DNA of 64,000 nucleotides from Hydrolagus affinis (lineage: Eukaryota): the NCBI GenBank assembly GCA_012026655.1, contig JAAILG010000053.1, positions 1-64,000 of the forward strand, read 5' to 3'. The translations under genes and the position numbers were made by a program. Numbering within the stretch: position 1 is the first letter of the stretch; each line of letters opens with the position of its first letter. The notes under the pieces were generated by a model. That model did no database searches. It saw only the letters and a program-made list of their open reading frames with translations, and had not been told where the DNA came from. Positions 42,029 to 55,577 of the stretch are shown piece by piece.

Positions 42029-42428
42029 CTGAGCTTTTCATCCAGGGATAGATCCGGAAGTTCTCGGACTGGGAGTCTGTCTCTCTCAGCTCTGACTTGC
42101 TGCAACTCTGCTTGTAAGAATCCCCAGCACCGCACATCAGTGAAGAGATATTTTGATCGAAAGAGGAACAGTGCATGTTAAAGGAGTTCGCGTTGAGACC
42201 GTAGGGAGACGTGTACATGGTCGGGGTCTGGTGGTGGATGCTGTTAGCTGAGCTGTATAGACCCGGCATGGTCGCTGCAAAGGATGCAGATCCCGAACCA
42301 TAGCTCGGTCGCTGGGAGTTTGAGGCAAAAGCACAAGAAGTTGGTTCCGAAAATACCCCGGTCGGAAAAACAGAAGTTCCAGCTGTATATTTGGAAAATA
42401 AAGCATTCGCATAATACAATGAACTCAT
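42029..42428 (-). CDS. hoxb7: Hoxb7 exon 1
   Basis: [14 protein letters not shown]...[11 protein letters not shown]. Donor G|gtatgt. Confidence 0.97.
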
Positions 42429-42469
42429 AATTTGGCCGGTGATTTGTGGGCCAGGACGTTTCAGTGTCG

Positions 42470-42585
42470 GTTTTACGAGGTACGGTGATATATTACGGAA
42501 TTAGAGTCCAGATTTACACCGAAAGAACCCCCTTTTTCCTCCCGTTACACGTGATTTCAGCACGTGACGCAGCGGCCCAATGAAA
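42470..42585 (-). promoter_or_regulatory. Hoxb7 proximal promoter
   Basis: TTTTACGA, GATTTAC, two CACGTG E-boxes and CCAAT. Confidence 0.65.
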
Positions 42586-43541
42586 TCTCGGCTTCCCACT
42601 GGTTCTTTTCTGGATGATTAAAAAATTCTATAATCCCCCCAAAATTCTTCCAAGCTCCTAATGATGCTGAGAACTTGAATTAGAACAGATTCAGTTTAAA
42701 AACTGGATAGATTGTTAAGTACTTTGCAGCAGAACATATATGTATATATATGTATATCGATTGGCTCTCTGTAGCTGGGCTCTGAGGAAACAATGCATTT
42801 GTCAAAAGAGCTTTTTGTTCTCTTACACTGTGACGCTGCGCGCATTACAACTTTAAGTAATAGGTACCTTCAGGAGGAAACTGCTTGTCCGATCAATGGT
42901 GTTTTTATTAACACTGCCACAATAATAATAGTTACTACAAAATAAACACACAATTATATTTATAAGAAATAACCATAGGAGAGATTTGTGTTGACATTCG
43001 GTCTTTATTAGGGGGAGATTATGAATGCGAATGAGTCAGGTAAATCGCTAACATGTTAATAGATTACATTATAACGTGGCGAAGGCTGATTGACTTAGAC
43101 GGAGGAAGGAGTTGTGTTTGTGTTTTCATAAGCATTTTCATCAATATGTCCATCTATAAAGTACTGCACTGTAACCAAGCCTGTGTAGCCAACACTTCTT
43201 CTGGTTTAGGCTTTTTCGACCATCAGTTAGATTCGCAGAAATTCCTTTTTTTAATAAACAGCCAGCAATTTCAGTTAGGTTTTCGGTTGTAAAGTTTATT
43301 GTGTCCTTTTCCGCCGCTTGCACGTTCAAACAACAGATCGACCTCATGTATCACAATAATGCATCACCGGCCCTCGCAATAAAAGCAAGTAACGTGTACA
43401 GTAGACTTTTCTCACAGTTAAAAATTTTAAGGATCACCTTTTTCCTTAAAAAAAACTATCTCCACTTTGCACATCCCAACTGGAAACATTCTTATAAATA
43501 CAGTACAGACGTAAACAATAACACAATCTAGAAAATCTAAA

Positions 43542-43563
43542 TAGGCAGCTTCATGTTGTTGGG
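43542..43563 (-). promoter_or_regulatory. Near-perfect miR-196 complementary (cleavage-type) site in the Hoxb8 3' UTR
   Basis: mRNA CCCAACAACAUGAAGCUGCCUA is 22-nt complementary to miR-196a with G:U pairs at miRNA positions 5 and 8. Confidence 0.93.
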
Positions 43564-43904
43564 TTGTTTTATTCTCTTTTGAGCTAATGATTATTAGCTG
43601 TAATAGTGCACACTTGGCTTGAATATTCTAGAGCAGTCAAAGCATCAACACACACTAGCACACGCTTCCAAAAAACTTCACATTAAACGATGTTACAAGA
43701 ATACACTTAAAACAAATAGCATGTTACACTACGCAATGTATACACCTGGTAAAAAGTTGAAATGTTCATTTACTCTACACCTCAATACATTTTCATACAA
43801 TATTTAGTATCAAACGGCAATCAATAAAATTTGTTCGGATTTCTCTTTTTAAAATCTGTCTACATCATTCTATTATCACCAATTTTGTTAAATGTTTTGA
43901 GTTA

Positions 43905-44188
43905 TTAATCTTTCTCTTCCTCTGGTTCCTCTTTACCCTCCTTTTCCTTCGGAGTCTCTTCTGATTCAGACTTGGTGCTTGGAAACTTGTCTTTGTTGTT
44001 CTCTTTCTTCCATTTCATTCGTCGGTTCTGGAACCAAATTTTGACTTGCCTCTCGGTCAGTCCCAGGGCGTGTGATACCTCGATCCGTCTTTTGCGGGTC
44101 AGGTAGGGATTGAACAAAAACTCCTTTTCAAGTTCTAGTGTCTGATAGCGGCTGTATGTCTGTCTGCCCCTTCGCCTTCCTCCAGCTA
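43905..44188 (-). CDS. hoxb8: Hoxb8 exon 2 (homeodomain)
   Basis: [49 protein letters not shown]...NNKDKFPS. Acceptor cagTAG. Spliced protein is 236 aa. Confidence 0.97.
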
Positions 44189-44561
44189 CTGGGAAATAAA
44201 GAGAGGAAAGAAATGCAGGGAGGAGGGGATAAGAGAGAGAGAGAGAGAGAGAACTGTATGAGGCTTTTGTAACTCTTATACGGAAGCTTCTGAAGCAGCA
44301 TTCATCACCGTAGGTAAAATACGCCATAAAAGTGCAATAAAACTACAAATAGTACGCAATATAACACATTTAAAATACGCCTACAGGATCATTAAAACTA
44401 TAAAGTAATTCACGTGCTGAAGTTTAGAATCATAAAACAGTAAAAATCCACTGTTTCCCTTATTGGCTGAGGAAATGCCCTTTCTGTGTTTTTTTAAAAC
44501 GTTTTTTTTCCCCCTCTTGTTGTCTTCCCTCTCCCTCTCCGATTCGGCTTTAAAACCTCAC

Positions 44562-44988
44562 CTTGCGGTCTCATCCAGGGAAAGAGCTGCGTGGGAGAGG
44601 AACTCTGTTCTGAATGCTCTGCCTCTTCTCCTAAGCTGTTTGCGGTTGATTTGCAATCGGAGTATTGGATCAAGTCGGTCTCTTGTTGGGCGGCGAAAAT
44701 TGGCTGCCTCTGCAAAGCATCGTAGCCGTAGAAATTGCCGGGATCCCCGTGACACGTCACGGCACATGGATTTTGTTGATACGCGGAGGTGGAGAGGGAA
44801 GATGGTCCATGGTGGTAAAACTCCTGAATCTGGCTTGGATGCTGGAAGCTTCCCCCGGTGCCGGGGCCATAAACCACGGTGGGTCTGCCGCTGAGATCCG
44901 AAGTGAAGCCACAGTCATAATAACTGGGGCGCAAAGTCTCCCCACTTTTATACTTAGAAAACAGCGAATTCACAAAGTACGAGCTCAT
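44562..44988 (-). CDS. hoxb8: Hoxb8 exon 1
   Basis: [14 protein letters not shown]...[12 protein letters not shown]. Donor G|gtgagg. Confidence 0.97.
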
Positions 44989-47900
44989 TGGGAAGAAATA
45001 AGAATGTTTCTGTGCAAAGGAAGCAACTTAGTGCTCGGTACACAGTCTGTGAGGCGAACAAACAAAAACAAACGCTAAAATTACGCCTTCATCCTATTGA
45101 TTGCCATATACAATGTTCTTGGATCACATCATTGTGGAGAGGTGCACCTCATAAACAGTTTTCTGTGATTTACTTCAGCCCAAATGAGTTGTTTCATATT
45201 TTGCAGTCTCTTTTCATGATAATTTGCATTTATTACCTCAACCACGTCCTATTGGCTTCGCTTACTCCGTACGGACACCGCACCGCGTGAAAGAGGAATG
45301 GTGAGAGAGAGAGGGAATGAAAGAAAGATAGAGAGGGGGGAATATGCGGATTAATATATTCAACCATGTTCATTACTGGGATATCAGCCGCTTTACAACA
45401 GATGAAATACATACGCCACCAAAAGATTGATTTTGGGAAGTATCCATGCTGTGTATATAAAGGATAGACAGTCAGACGTTAATTTGCAGAGCATTTAATG
45501 AGAAAATGCTTCTCTTTCAAAGGTCAGAGTTACATCAACAAGACGCGAAAGTACAGTAGCAAAACTGAAACCTAATTACCATCAACTTCGCGTATAATTG
45601 CTATGTTTCGTCCAAGTTATTGCAGCGTACCGCTTGTCCTATTGCTGTCTATCCCAAATTATGTCCCCCACCAAAACCCCTCAAAATAAACATTTGTTCG
45701 CAGGGAGAGATGGTGTCTTTGTATTTAAGATATTAATGATCCGTTTTGTTATTATTAATAAAGCTTTTAATCTGGTGCCAGGATGGACACTGGAACAAGT
45801 AAGAGTCATTTGAGAACTATAGGAAAGAGATTAAGAAACTATAAAGCGCTATAAAACCACATCCTGTTATTGTTTATAACACACAGTGAACGGCAGTTAG
45901 GATTTTTACGAGACGCTGTGTGTAAAGCAGTAAAATATAGGTTTGTGAAGTGGACTGACTATTCCTGTTTGTGTTTTAAGGTTAAAAAATAAACGTAGAA
46001 AAACAGAGCTGCTGAAATTATTACCGACTATTCTTTATTAAGAGACCAGTGAAACCATAGAATCTATCTCGTTAAATTAATAATATTCTTCTTCACTTTC
46101 ACGCAGACGCAAAGGATACTTGGTCACGGAAGTATAAAGATTACCAATATCAGACTCATACAACACAGTATCTTACAGTGAAAGGTGCCTTAAGTAACCA
46201 TTATATCAATTCTCTCTCTCTGGGATACAAATGTAATGTAAACTTTCAGAAATTGCTAGAATTAACAAACGAAGCATGAGTATTTAAAATACTACATTAA
46301 GTTGAGAAAAGTACTCCCAATTTGGGTTACTATTTACAAAGTACTTTCTTATTACAACTAACGGAACGCCATAATATTGAATTATAGTGATTCTACATTA
46401 ATGACATTTTTAAAGTGTTAGGCTTTATTTATGAGATATGGACACAGCGTATTCGATGTTATCTGCCATTATAGAAGCCAGTTTTAATATATATGTTGTG
46501 ACTGTTGAGAAATTTTGCAACTTTTCAGATTTGTGGTTAACTTGTTGAACATAGGAATCTAATATTTGACTTATTCAAAACAATCTTATTTTGTTCAAAC
46601 ATATCCAATGTGCACACCTTTGTCATAAAATCTAGCACAATTTGAACACCAAAAAGTTAAGTTTTTAAAAAAAAAGTAGTGCGTGGGTATTAATGTGAAA
46701 TAATGGGATTACAGTAATCTAATGGGATTCATTCAATGTTAGTTTCAAACCGTTTTTTAAATATTTTTTAAAAATTGTTCTGGTACAGTATTTAAAACTT
46801 TTCAAAATGTCATTACACATGTCTGAAATTTTGTAAAATGTTTAAGGGAATAATGGAACATTTATTCATGGTATTTTAAACAATTCTCCAAATATAACAC
46901 ATATCATTCATATGCATACCAAGTAATGTGCATAAAAGAAAATCAATTGTTAATTGCAAGGTAATTCAATATAACACAAAAATAAAGATATGATGATCTC
47001 CGCAAGAATAAAATAGATACAAATTAAATATTTGGCACTTTTTTCTCGGCAAATTTCCTTTTTTAATTAACTGTTTGAAATACAGCATGTGTCTGACCAC
47101 AAAACAGATTGGGATTGTGCAAATATAACCGTTAAAAGTGAATTGCTGGCAACTGAAGTAAACTGATATATATGGTATAATTTTACCTCTCTGTGAAATT
47201 TGTCCTACCTCAACCGCTCTAAGGCAATCCTGTTACAACCTAATTCCGATTCAAAAATAGTCTGTAAAACACCTTTGAAACTTTCAAAATAAGTTCAATT
47301 GTATAGAAATATTTTTCCTAATATTTTTAAAATAATACATTTTGTTCAAGTTTTAAAAAACCATACTAAGGGTAAAATTATATTGGATTAGGCTAAATCC
47401 TGAAATGGCCCGAGCAAAAGAAAATCTATGTCTGCAGTTAATCAATCGATTAGACTTTGGATATTTTTAAAATCACATTTTTGCATTTCCGACCAGTCAG
47501 TGACAGTATTAATATAGATATAACAATTTTTTACACATTATTTTCTCGCACTTTTTTTATTTTTACAAGTTACTTTCGTTGTGAGAGTGTTTTGAGTGTT
47601 ACTAATTCAACAATATCACGAATATCTTAGACATTGTGATGCAAAGAGGATTTTTGAAAAATCCAAACTGTAAATAAATACAATAAGGGTTATAGCGCTG
47701 AACTTGTGCTTTTAAAATAGCTTATTACACTGCATTTGGCTAATTATTCGTACGTGAGTTTAAAACTCTTTCTGTTCGCGAAAGACAAGTGAGATGTACA
47801 CCTTGCATTGCAACGCCGACCAGTGAATGGTTCACGTGATAGTTGGTGTGAGGTGGCGGGGAGGTGACGTGGTTGGATGGTTGGAGAATCCATTTATTTA

Positions 47901-48484
47901 AATCCTCAATTCGATAGATTTCCTACACGGTTGCGCCCTGATTTTTATCAGTAAATCCTTTACATATTTGCCCGCTTCTAACGTTTCCGCTTGTCGGAAG
48001 TATTCAGATATGGTTATGTTCCTTCTCTCTCTCCCCCCCCCCCATCCCACCCCACCCACACCCACCCTCGACTCCTTCCCCCTCAAACACGCTTTCTTGG
48101 CTATACATGCATATTAGGGACTATTCTAAATTCTACTTAAAATACCCCCGTCGACTCTTCTTTCCCGATGCCTCTCTCTAACAGGATTTCCAAGTCAAAT
48201 TATGCTGATGCATTTGGCAGGTATATAGTGAACTTTTCGTATATTTCAGCACACAGCATACACATTACATTAGGGTCATTGGGTTTACATGCATTGTTGT
48301 CATATTTATAAATAACCAGCATCACAGTGAAGTGATATTTAAAACTGATGATGATTCCTACCCACTTATTGATCTAATATAGGGTTGCTATGTCAAAATG
48401 GATCAGGAGTTGCAGCAAAACTGAGGGCCAGACGTGATACATACAAATGTTCCTTTGCATATAACTTACTCAAATGAAGTACTT

Positions 48485-49115
48485 ACTCAATTGAAGTACT
48501 ATTTATGTATTGCAGTAGTCAGAAAGCACAATAACTGAAATTAGTTTGGAAATGTTTCAATGTTTTTCTGGGCGATCGGAAGTACATGGTCAAACCATTC
48601 GAAATCTGAATTCTTCTGTTGCGTTGTATATTTACTGCTAGATTGTAGGCACAGAAGTGTACAGACAGAAAAAGAAATGGAGCAAATTGCATAAAAATAT
48701 ATGACATTAAAATGTATAGATTCATCGGTGTCATATGTATGCACAGTAAATGTAATGCATAATAACCACGAGTCAGACTTTAAGTTTATTTTGTAAATAC
48801 ATCCATTTATGCCGGTTGTTATTTTGATGCTGTTCATGGTTCATGGGGAAATGGAAAGATAATCCAATAACTGTAACATTTGGAAAACTGAAATATTAGT
48901 GTTTTGTTGTGCAGTAGCTGAAATTCGACTCACTAACTCACTCATGAATTAAATACACAAAATTAGACAGGGGAAAAACTAATGACATAAAATGTAACAA
49001 TGCTGACCTAATTGAAATAGGCAGAATTCCTACTATTACTTTGACAAAATACCACTAGTTTTGGTTTCTAAACTCAATTGAAGTACTATTTATGTATTGT
49101 AGGAGTCAGAAAGCA
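48485..49115 (+). repeat. Pair of 44-bp direct repeats (48485-48528 and 49072-49115, 2 mismatches)
   Basis: ACTCAATTGAAGTACTATTTATGTATTG(C/T)AG(T/G)AGTCAGAAAGCA occurs twice. Confidence 0.9.
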
Positions 49116-50085
49116 ACTCTCATCGAATGTATCGGTCCTGCTCTATTGTGATTCTCATTTAATGTAACTATTTTGTCCTTCTCCACCTCTATCTACTGAG
49201 ATTTGCGTGACTCCAGCTTTGGATAAGCAAAGAATGACTGACCGTGCAAATCTTTTATTTTTTCCCCAGCAGATAGAAGCAACCAATAAAGTCCGCAGTG
49301 TAAAAAAATGAATTCACACAGATTGAAAATAAGTCTAAGACAATATTTTCAACAAATCACTTGCAGAGTGAGATTATCTGAATATTATTAAAGGGATCTC
49401 ACTGGCAATATTCAGCAGCTGTGTAACACTGGAGATCAATGCGAAACTATTTTGAAAGGTACGTTGAAATCTCAGAAACGTAAGGGCTTAGCATTTTCAT
49501 CTGTAAGGTAGGAATTGTGGATTTTCTCTTTTTTAAGTTTCTTTACAACACTTAATTTTTCCAAATAATTTTCGTGCATTATTTTCAAGCAGCCTGAATA
49601 GAAAGTTAAGTAAAATGTTAATGATTATGAGACTCTCAAATTGGTGAATTGCTGTCTAATATTTTTCTCAAATATAAATTGTGGGTTTGTATATTACCTA
49701 TTTCGGAATTTCATATTACTGCATTTTGTGATATAAACGTCGCAGTCTCACAATAACGGAAAGTGCTAATGTTTGGGGTTTTGACTAAACCCAGAACTGT
49801 TACAATTTCGAGCTCCAGGAAGATGGTCTTTTAAGACTAGTTTTTTCACAAAACTAGTTCCAAATTATAACAAAATTGCACAAATCGAGACGATCGGCTA
49901 TTAAGAATAATTTTTAAATTCTGCTTGCGATAGCTTTGCTGAAAACATAATGAAAATGCCAAAGGTTTAGTAAACTGCCTTTATTTTATTTTGTCACAGG
50001 ACTGGGTAGGAAAAGTAAAGGAAGCTGTAGCTGTGTGACTTGGGTTGTGAGATGAAGGGGCAGTTCTGTGTTTAGTGGAACAACA

Positions 50086-50099
50086 CTGCCATCTACTGG
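50086..50099 (-). promoter_or_regulatory. CTCF motif between Hoxb8 and Hoxb9
   Basis: Minus strand CCAGTAGATGGCAG matches the consensus core. Confidence 0.75.
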
Positions 50100-50176
50100 T
50101 ACCTCGCGGAAGTAATGTTGCATTTCGTTTTCAAAACGGACACAAAAAGTACTGTATTAGCAAATATGCGCAAAGA

Positions 50177-50835
50177 GCTATAAAATCCGCTATAAAGAAT
50201 CCATTAAATGCAAAATGCAGCGAAGGCAAATGTTAGTTTCTCAATTTCAAATACGCTCACAGACAGTACCAATAAACCACACGGTCCGTGCAGGAGTGAA
50301 ATGGATTACTAACATTCAATTCCTCAGGGGCAATAAACAGGAAGAAGAAAAAGAAGAGAGGAAAAAAAGCTTTGAGAATTCCATTGTCCCCACCTCCGAG
50401 ACTAAACAATTGAGCTTTCTGTGTGAGAATAATGTCCCAAGGATTGGCACAGGGTTGTAAACACAGTCAAAGCCTTAGCTCCAGACGTCTCGCCATACTC
50501 TGTATAGCTTTTTATTGCAGCAATTTCTGGCAGCCTGGAAAGGGTAGGCAGAGGAACAAAAGAGGGCGTCACTTGCTTTAGAGTCTAAAGCATTCTAGTT
50601 ACACTGTAACATTACTGACAGTTTCCCCTGAAAAAAAATGCTTTATATTTCCTTCGAAATAAAAAGCAACTTTATTTTCAAGAGAAAAGTGGTGACCACT
50701 TCTGACAGTGAATTTATTTGAATGTGTCCTCAAAGTTTCTCCTTTGGTCTATTTATTTTACAGAGGCTCAATTTTTAACCTTCAGAAATTTATACCCTAT
50801 AAACTTTTACAATGGCCATATTCTTTTATTGCAGT
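50177..50835. promoter_or_regulatory. Cdx-site-rich enhancer region upstream of Hoxb8
   Basis: GCTATAAA twice (50177, 50189), CCAATAAA (50269), GCAATAAA (50330) and TTTTATTGC (50510 and ~50825). Cdx-dependent Hoxb8 enhancers are established. Confidence 0.55.
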
Positions 50836-53800
50836 ACACCACCGTGAATTTCCTTTAATGACAGACCACTTCCTAAGTCCTCCTCGGCAACTCAAGGCTT
50901 ATTTTGACTTTCTTTTTGTGAATGCATGTACTGCCTGTGATACGAAGGCGAAACATTGCTACTCTAATGCTTCTAAATTGTTCTAAGTGGATTATTTTTA
51001 AAAATCCAATCAGTGGATAATCCAGTAACCCTTACCTCAATCGATTTGAAAACATCTGACTGACCAATTTTCCTGTTTCCTGTTAATTTTTTTAAATATA
51101 GGCAACAGAAATCCATTCCAACCCAGTTCCACTTAAACCAATTATAAGAAAAGTCTTTTAAAATCTCCGTGCTGCATTATCACCAATCTGAATTTTCTTT
51201 ACAAGAGTCGTTTTGAGCAACCCAACAACGTCTCTCAGTATTCACAAGATAATCAATTGCACAACTTTCGTTTCCAGCCCACGTGAAATATGTTGCTTAT
51301 TAATGAAGATTTATGCCTACATTTGAGGATGTACATGTTTTAAGTCTTCCTGACTCTTTGTTGCTTTCAATAAGTCAGCTAAATAAATTTAATCTCATAC
51401 ATTCTTATTGGAGCGTCCTTGAGTAAAATTTCCCCGGATAAATTATAGAGGGCGGCTCAGCGACGCTTCACATCTTAGAATTATTATTGTGATGCCATTT
51501 TCCAGAATTTTAGGTGCCGAGTGTAACAAGTTAATAAGTTTTCATGTCATTTGTTTCGAATCAGATTGTAAGGAATTTAGTTGCCTGTTACATCATAGAT
51601 AGATCCACAATGATTATTATTTTGCTATCAGCTCCAGATGGGCACTAATGTAGGATAACGTTCCACTCCAACTCACCCCATTCAATTGGAGTCAGCAGAC
51701 TAGCTTTTGGATTTGTTTCTTTCACACTTTTTTCTTTCTCTATTTTCGATCAGTTCATGCGGACAATCTCGAAAGAGGATTTACTCAATCATCACTTTAC
51801 TTTTTTGGGGGGTGGGGGGGAAACGTGAGTGTTTGCATGTTGAAATGTATAACGTTTATTGCAAGAATATAATTGTTGTGCGGTGACTGGAATATAATTT
51901 TAACAGCAAAAATAACAACAACTTGCATTCTCACAATGCCCTTCATGCGGTGTGGCATCCCAGAGCACTTTAAATCAGATTATAACAGAATTCGAAGCTT
52001 TATCCTAAGTATAATTTCTGTCGGAGTGTTATACACGAATTTATTGTGCATTTTGACTTTATTCAAATAACTGCGATACTTATGACCCATTGAGTGGATA
52101 GCAATAAATAACATTTTATGATGTGTACTAAAACGTTCAAGAATAAAATACGCAGAGTGTAGAAGTGAACAGCAACACAAAAGCTCAGGTTAGGATTTTT
52201 AAAAAATATTTTGTTTTATGGCGAGTTAATTAATCCGTCAAAAGAACCTGCAAATAACGGGTAACCCAGGGCTCGGAAATCCTTCTCGTAAAGACCCGCA
52301 GAAGAAATACAGGCCACTTGCATATCAGTAATTGTTGCTTCCCTGTGATGAAGGCAAATTAAGGAGTAAATCTGGCTGAGGTTCCTACTCGGTCACCCCA
52401 TCGTGTCTATAGATGCTGTATTGGGAATGTGTTTCACTGAGCTAGGTAACTCCGTTACCTGAGTACAGGCTCTCTCGGCATATGATAGGTTAGTGTATTT
52501 AATTTATGTTTGTTCTCATTGCACATATTTGAACGTATTTCTTTGCATTATATGCTATCCACGACCGACAAGTGAATGTACTATTACTCTGCAGTTTATT
52601 GGTAAACTTAAGTGAACTTTAAGATAAGAAAATGACCGAATTGCGTTTTTTCTTTTGTACCTCCATGAATGTTCTCTCAAGCTGTGTCGTTTGTCAATAC
52701 CGAAAGCTCAGTCTCGATTCAAGATAAACACTTCGATTCTTTGCTCCGATTGAAACTGCAAACATTATTTTGTTCTCCGTTTTCCAAATTGATTTTTAAA
52801 TATCTTTAGAATATACGTTTTTAGATGGAAGCATCCATCCGTTAGTTTGAAAAGCTCACCTACTAGTGATATTTCCATGTGTGCAAAAGAAAATGCCCTC
52901 AATCACTAATTGTGTCCACCATTATTTCATTGAAAAAAATCACAATGCAACTGCTTTACTGAAGCAAGGGCCCAATTTTAATTTGAACCATTTATGCAAA
53001 CTGGAACATATAAAAGTAGTGGCCTGATTGCAAACTTCAGTTGGGAGAGAGATAGAGAGATATATTGAACGCTGATCTGGAAGACTCCTGAGCTAACACT
53101 TTTCCTATTGTGTGGCTCTGGTTTTGTCTCCCTCTTTTGTTCAATTTGGTAGCCAATCACAACGCGAGCCCCCTCCCCCAGATTATTCTAAAACAGTATT
53201 TTATTTCTAAAATGTCATCAACTTCTATATTACAGATCGTTAAAGTTTCACTTTCACCACAGTAACACATGCGGAGATTACAATAACAACCTTCTTTTAA
53301 ATAAAAAAAGAACCATCTTTTAAATAAAAAAAACATAGTTTCATTGCATTCTGACCATAGCTTTGCTAACTGGTAATATTGGGAAGACACCGAATCGTGA
53401 AAGCTTCCAATTTAAACCTTGAGAGGTATCACGTTGCAAACCAGTACACACTTACACACAGCTAAATATCAAAACTATGTTACTGATTTAAATAGTAAGT
53501 ACACTTTCCCCCAAACAGGTACACGCCAAGTCATGGAAAAGAGATACAAAACTTGACAGGAAGACATTTGTCTTGTTTTCTTTTAAAAAATCGTAATTTC
53601 GTTACATAAAAATGGAACGTTTTTTAAACAAAACATGAATTATAACACATCCTTTTTTATACACGTAAACAGGTGAAGATAAGTAACGTTAAATCATTTC
53701 TAAATCAAAACAAGATTAAAAATATATATTTCGAACCTTTTTATATAAAAAAAGATATTTTTTTCCAACACGTTTAGCGAGACGGAATGAAGAAAGCGAT

Positions 53801-54182
53801 GGATACTTGCAAGCGTTGCAAAGATATTTTAATAATTTATAAATAACCTAAAAGATTATCTAAAAAGGGCAGACGCAGCCAAAATAAAACAAGATCATGT
53901 GTGCATGACTGGAATAGTTGGTCAGAATGAGAGGAAGTGGTACCCTTTAATATCCTGCAATAAAATCCTTTACACGTGACTGTATTCCCTGAATAAATGC
54001 AGTAAGATCATTTCGAATTAAACTGCCGAATAGCTGGATGTTAAAACGTAGCGTTCTGCCTATTCAGGGATTCCCCGAATGTCGCGCGAGGTCTCCACTC
54101 ACCACGTTTAAAGGATCTATTGCATGTGTAACCGTTATTATTTCACGAAAGGTTCCGTTTCCAGCAGATACGTGACTGGGTA

Positions 54183-54415
54183 TTATTTGCCGTGCTCCTT
54201 GTTTAGTCTCTTCAGCTTCATCCTCCTGTTCTGAAACCATATTTTGACTTGTCTTTCAGTCAAGTTGAGAAGACGAGCCACCTCGTGCCTCCGGTCTCTG
54301 GTGAGGTACATATTGAATAGAAATTCTTTCTCCAGCTCCAAAGTCTGATACTTCGTATAGGGACATCTTTTCTTCCTTGTCGATCGAGCGTGCAACCAAT
54401 TTGCGGAGGGATTAT
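54183..54415 (-). CDS. hoxb9: Hoxb9 exon 2 (homeodomain)
   Basis: [51 protein letters not shown]; RRHEV is HoxB9-type. Spliced protein is 250 aa. Confidence 0.97.
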
Positions 54416-55057
54416 CTACAGAGTTGTGGTTGGAGTGTTTGTGTGTGTGTGTGTGGAGGGGTTGGGGTGGGGGGGTGGGTGGGGGGAGGGGGGGAGCAAA
54501 TGAAAAGAAAAATAATGTTACAATGCTATGCATTTGCTATATTTTCAGATTGTTTCAGTATGCAGCTGACCATTTACAGCCAGGAAGCCACAAATAGCGT
54601 GAACCGTTGCAGCTCAGTGTGAGCGGCTACCAAATTGTGATGTGTGGATTTTGTAAAAGTTTCGCCGGATGTTTGCAATTTAACAGTAAATTATCCAACC
54701 GCGTAAAATAAAAAAAAACTTCACTTTAAAGTCTTGCGATACAAGTTTCCAGTCCCGCTCAAGATAAAATCCGCTCGTTGCAAAATAGTGTTTGTTTATT
54801 GCCTCTTGGTAGATAGAGTGGGAAAACAAAACTCATTAAACGTTCGCAGGTGGCTGTTTTGTAGAGCCAATAAAATACAATTGCGGGACGTAAAATAACA
54901 TGCAGGATAAAGCGAATTAAATACTTGTGGTTAAACTGGAAATAAATTATACTGTTTTATTAGGACCTGCTGCGGGCGTGTTTTTTTTATATGACGTTCG
55001 TTATCTATACGGATTCTGAAGGGGGGGAATACATAGTTCTCAAGGCTTGTAACTTAC

Positions 55058-55577
55058 TTTGATGTCTCGTCTCTTTGTCTTCGGCGGTTTCACATATGTT
55101 ATTGTCTTGATAATACGGTGCTTTGCTGGAATCGATGGCCTCGTTATCCGAAGATAAACAGGTTATTTTTGGCAGCGGCACCGGTAACGTTTCCCCGCCA
55201 CGACCGACCAGTGACTCTGCTTTCACTGAATCCTGGCTGCTGGGAGCTATCGCCGGTACAGCTACGGTCCTGGGCATGGGCTCCAGCCAGGACCGCATGT
55301 ACCTGCTCTCGGAGGAGACCGGGTTAGTCTGGACGAAGGGATGGTAGACTGCAGAGGCATTGCCAGTGGTTTGCGGGTACACGGGAGTCCACGAGGTGCT
55401 GAACGCAGGAGATTTGGGCTGGAAATTGCAAGCTGAGAAGTCGGGGTGCTCAGTGTGCCCCGTCTGTCTAGAGACTATATATTGCCCGGGAGTAAACTTA
55501 GTTGAAGATGCCTCCTCACTTTCATGACTTATCAGAGAATCCACATAATAATTGCTAATTGACCCAGAGATCGACAT
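55058..55577 (-). CDS. hoxb9: Hoxb9 exon 1
   Basis: MSISGSISNYYVDSLISHESE...RYMRSWLEP. Donor A|gtaagt. Confidence 0.96.
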
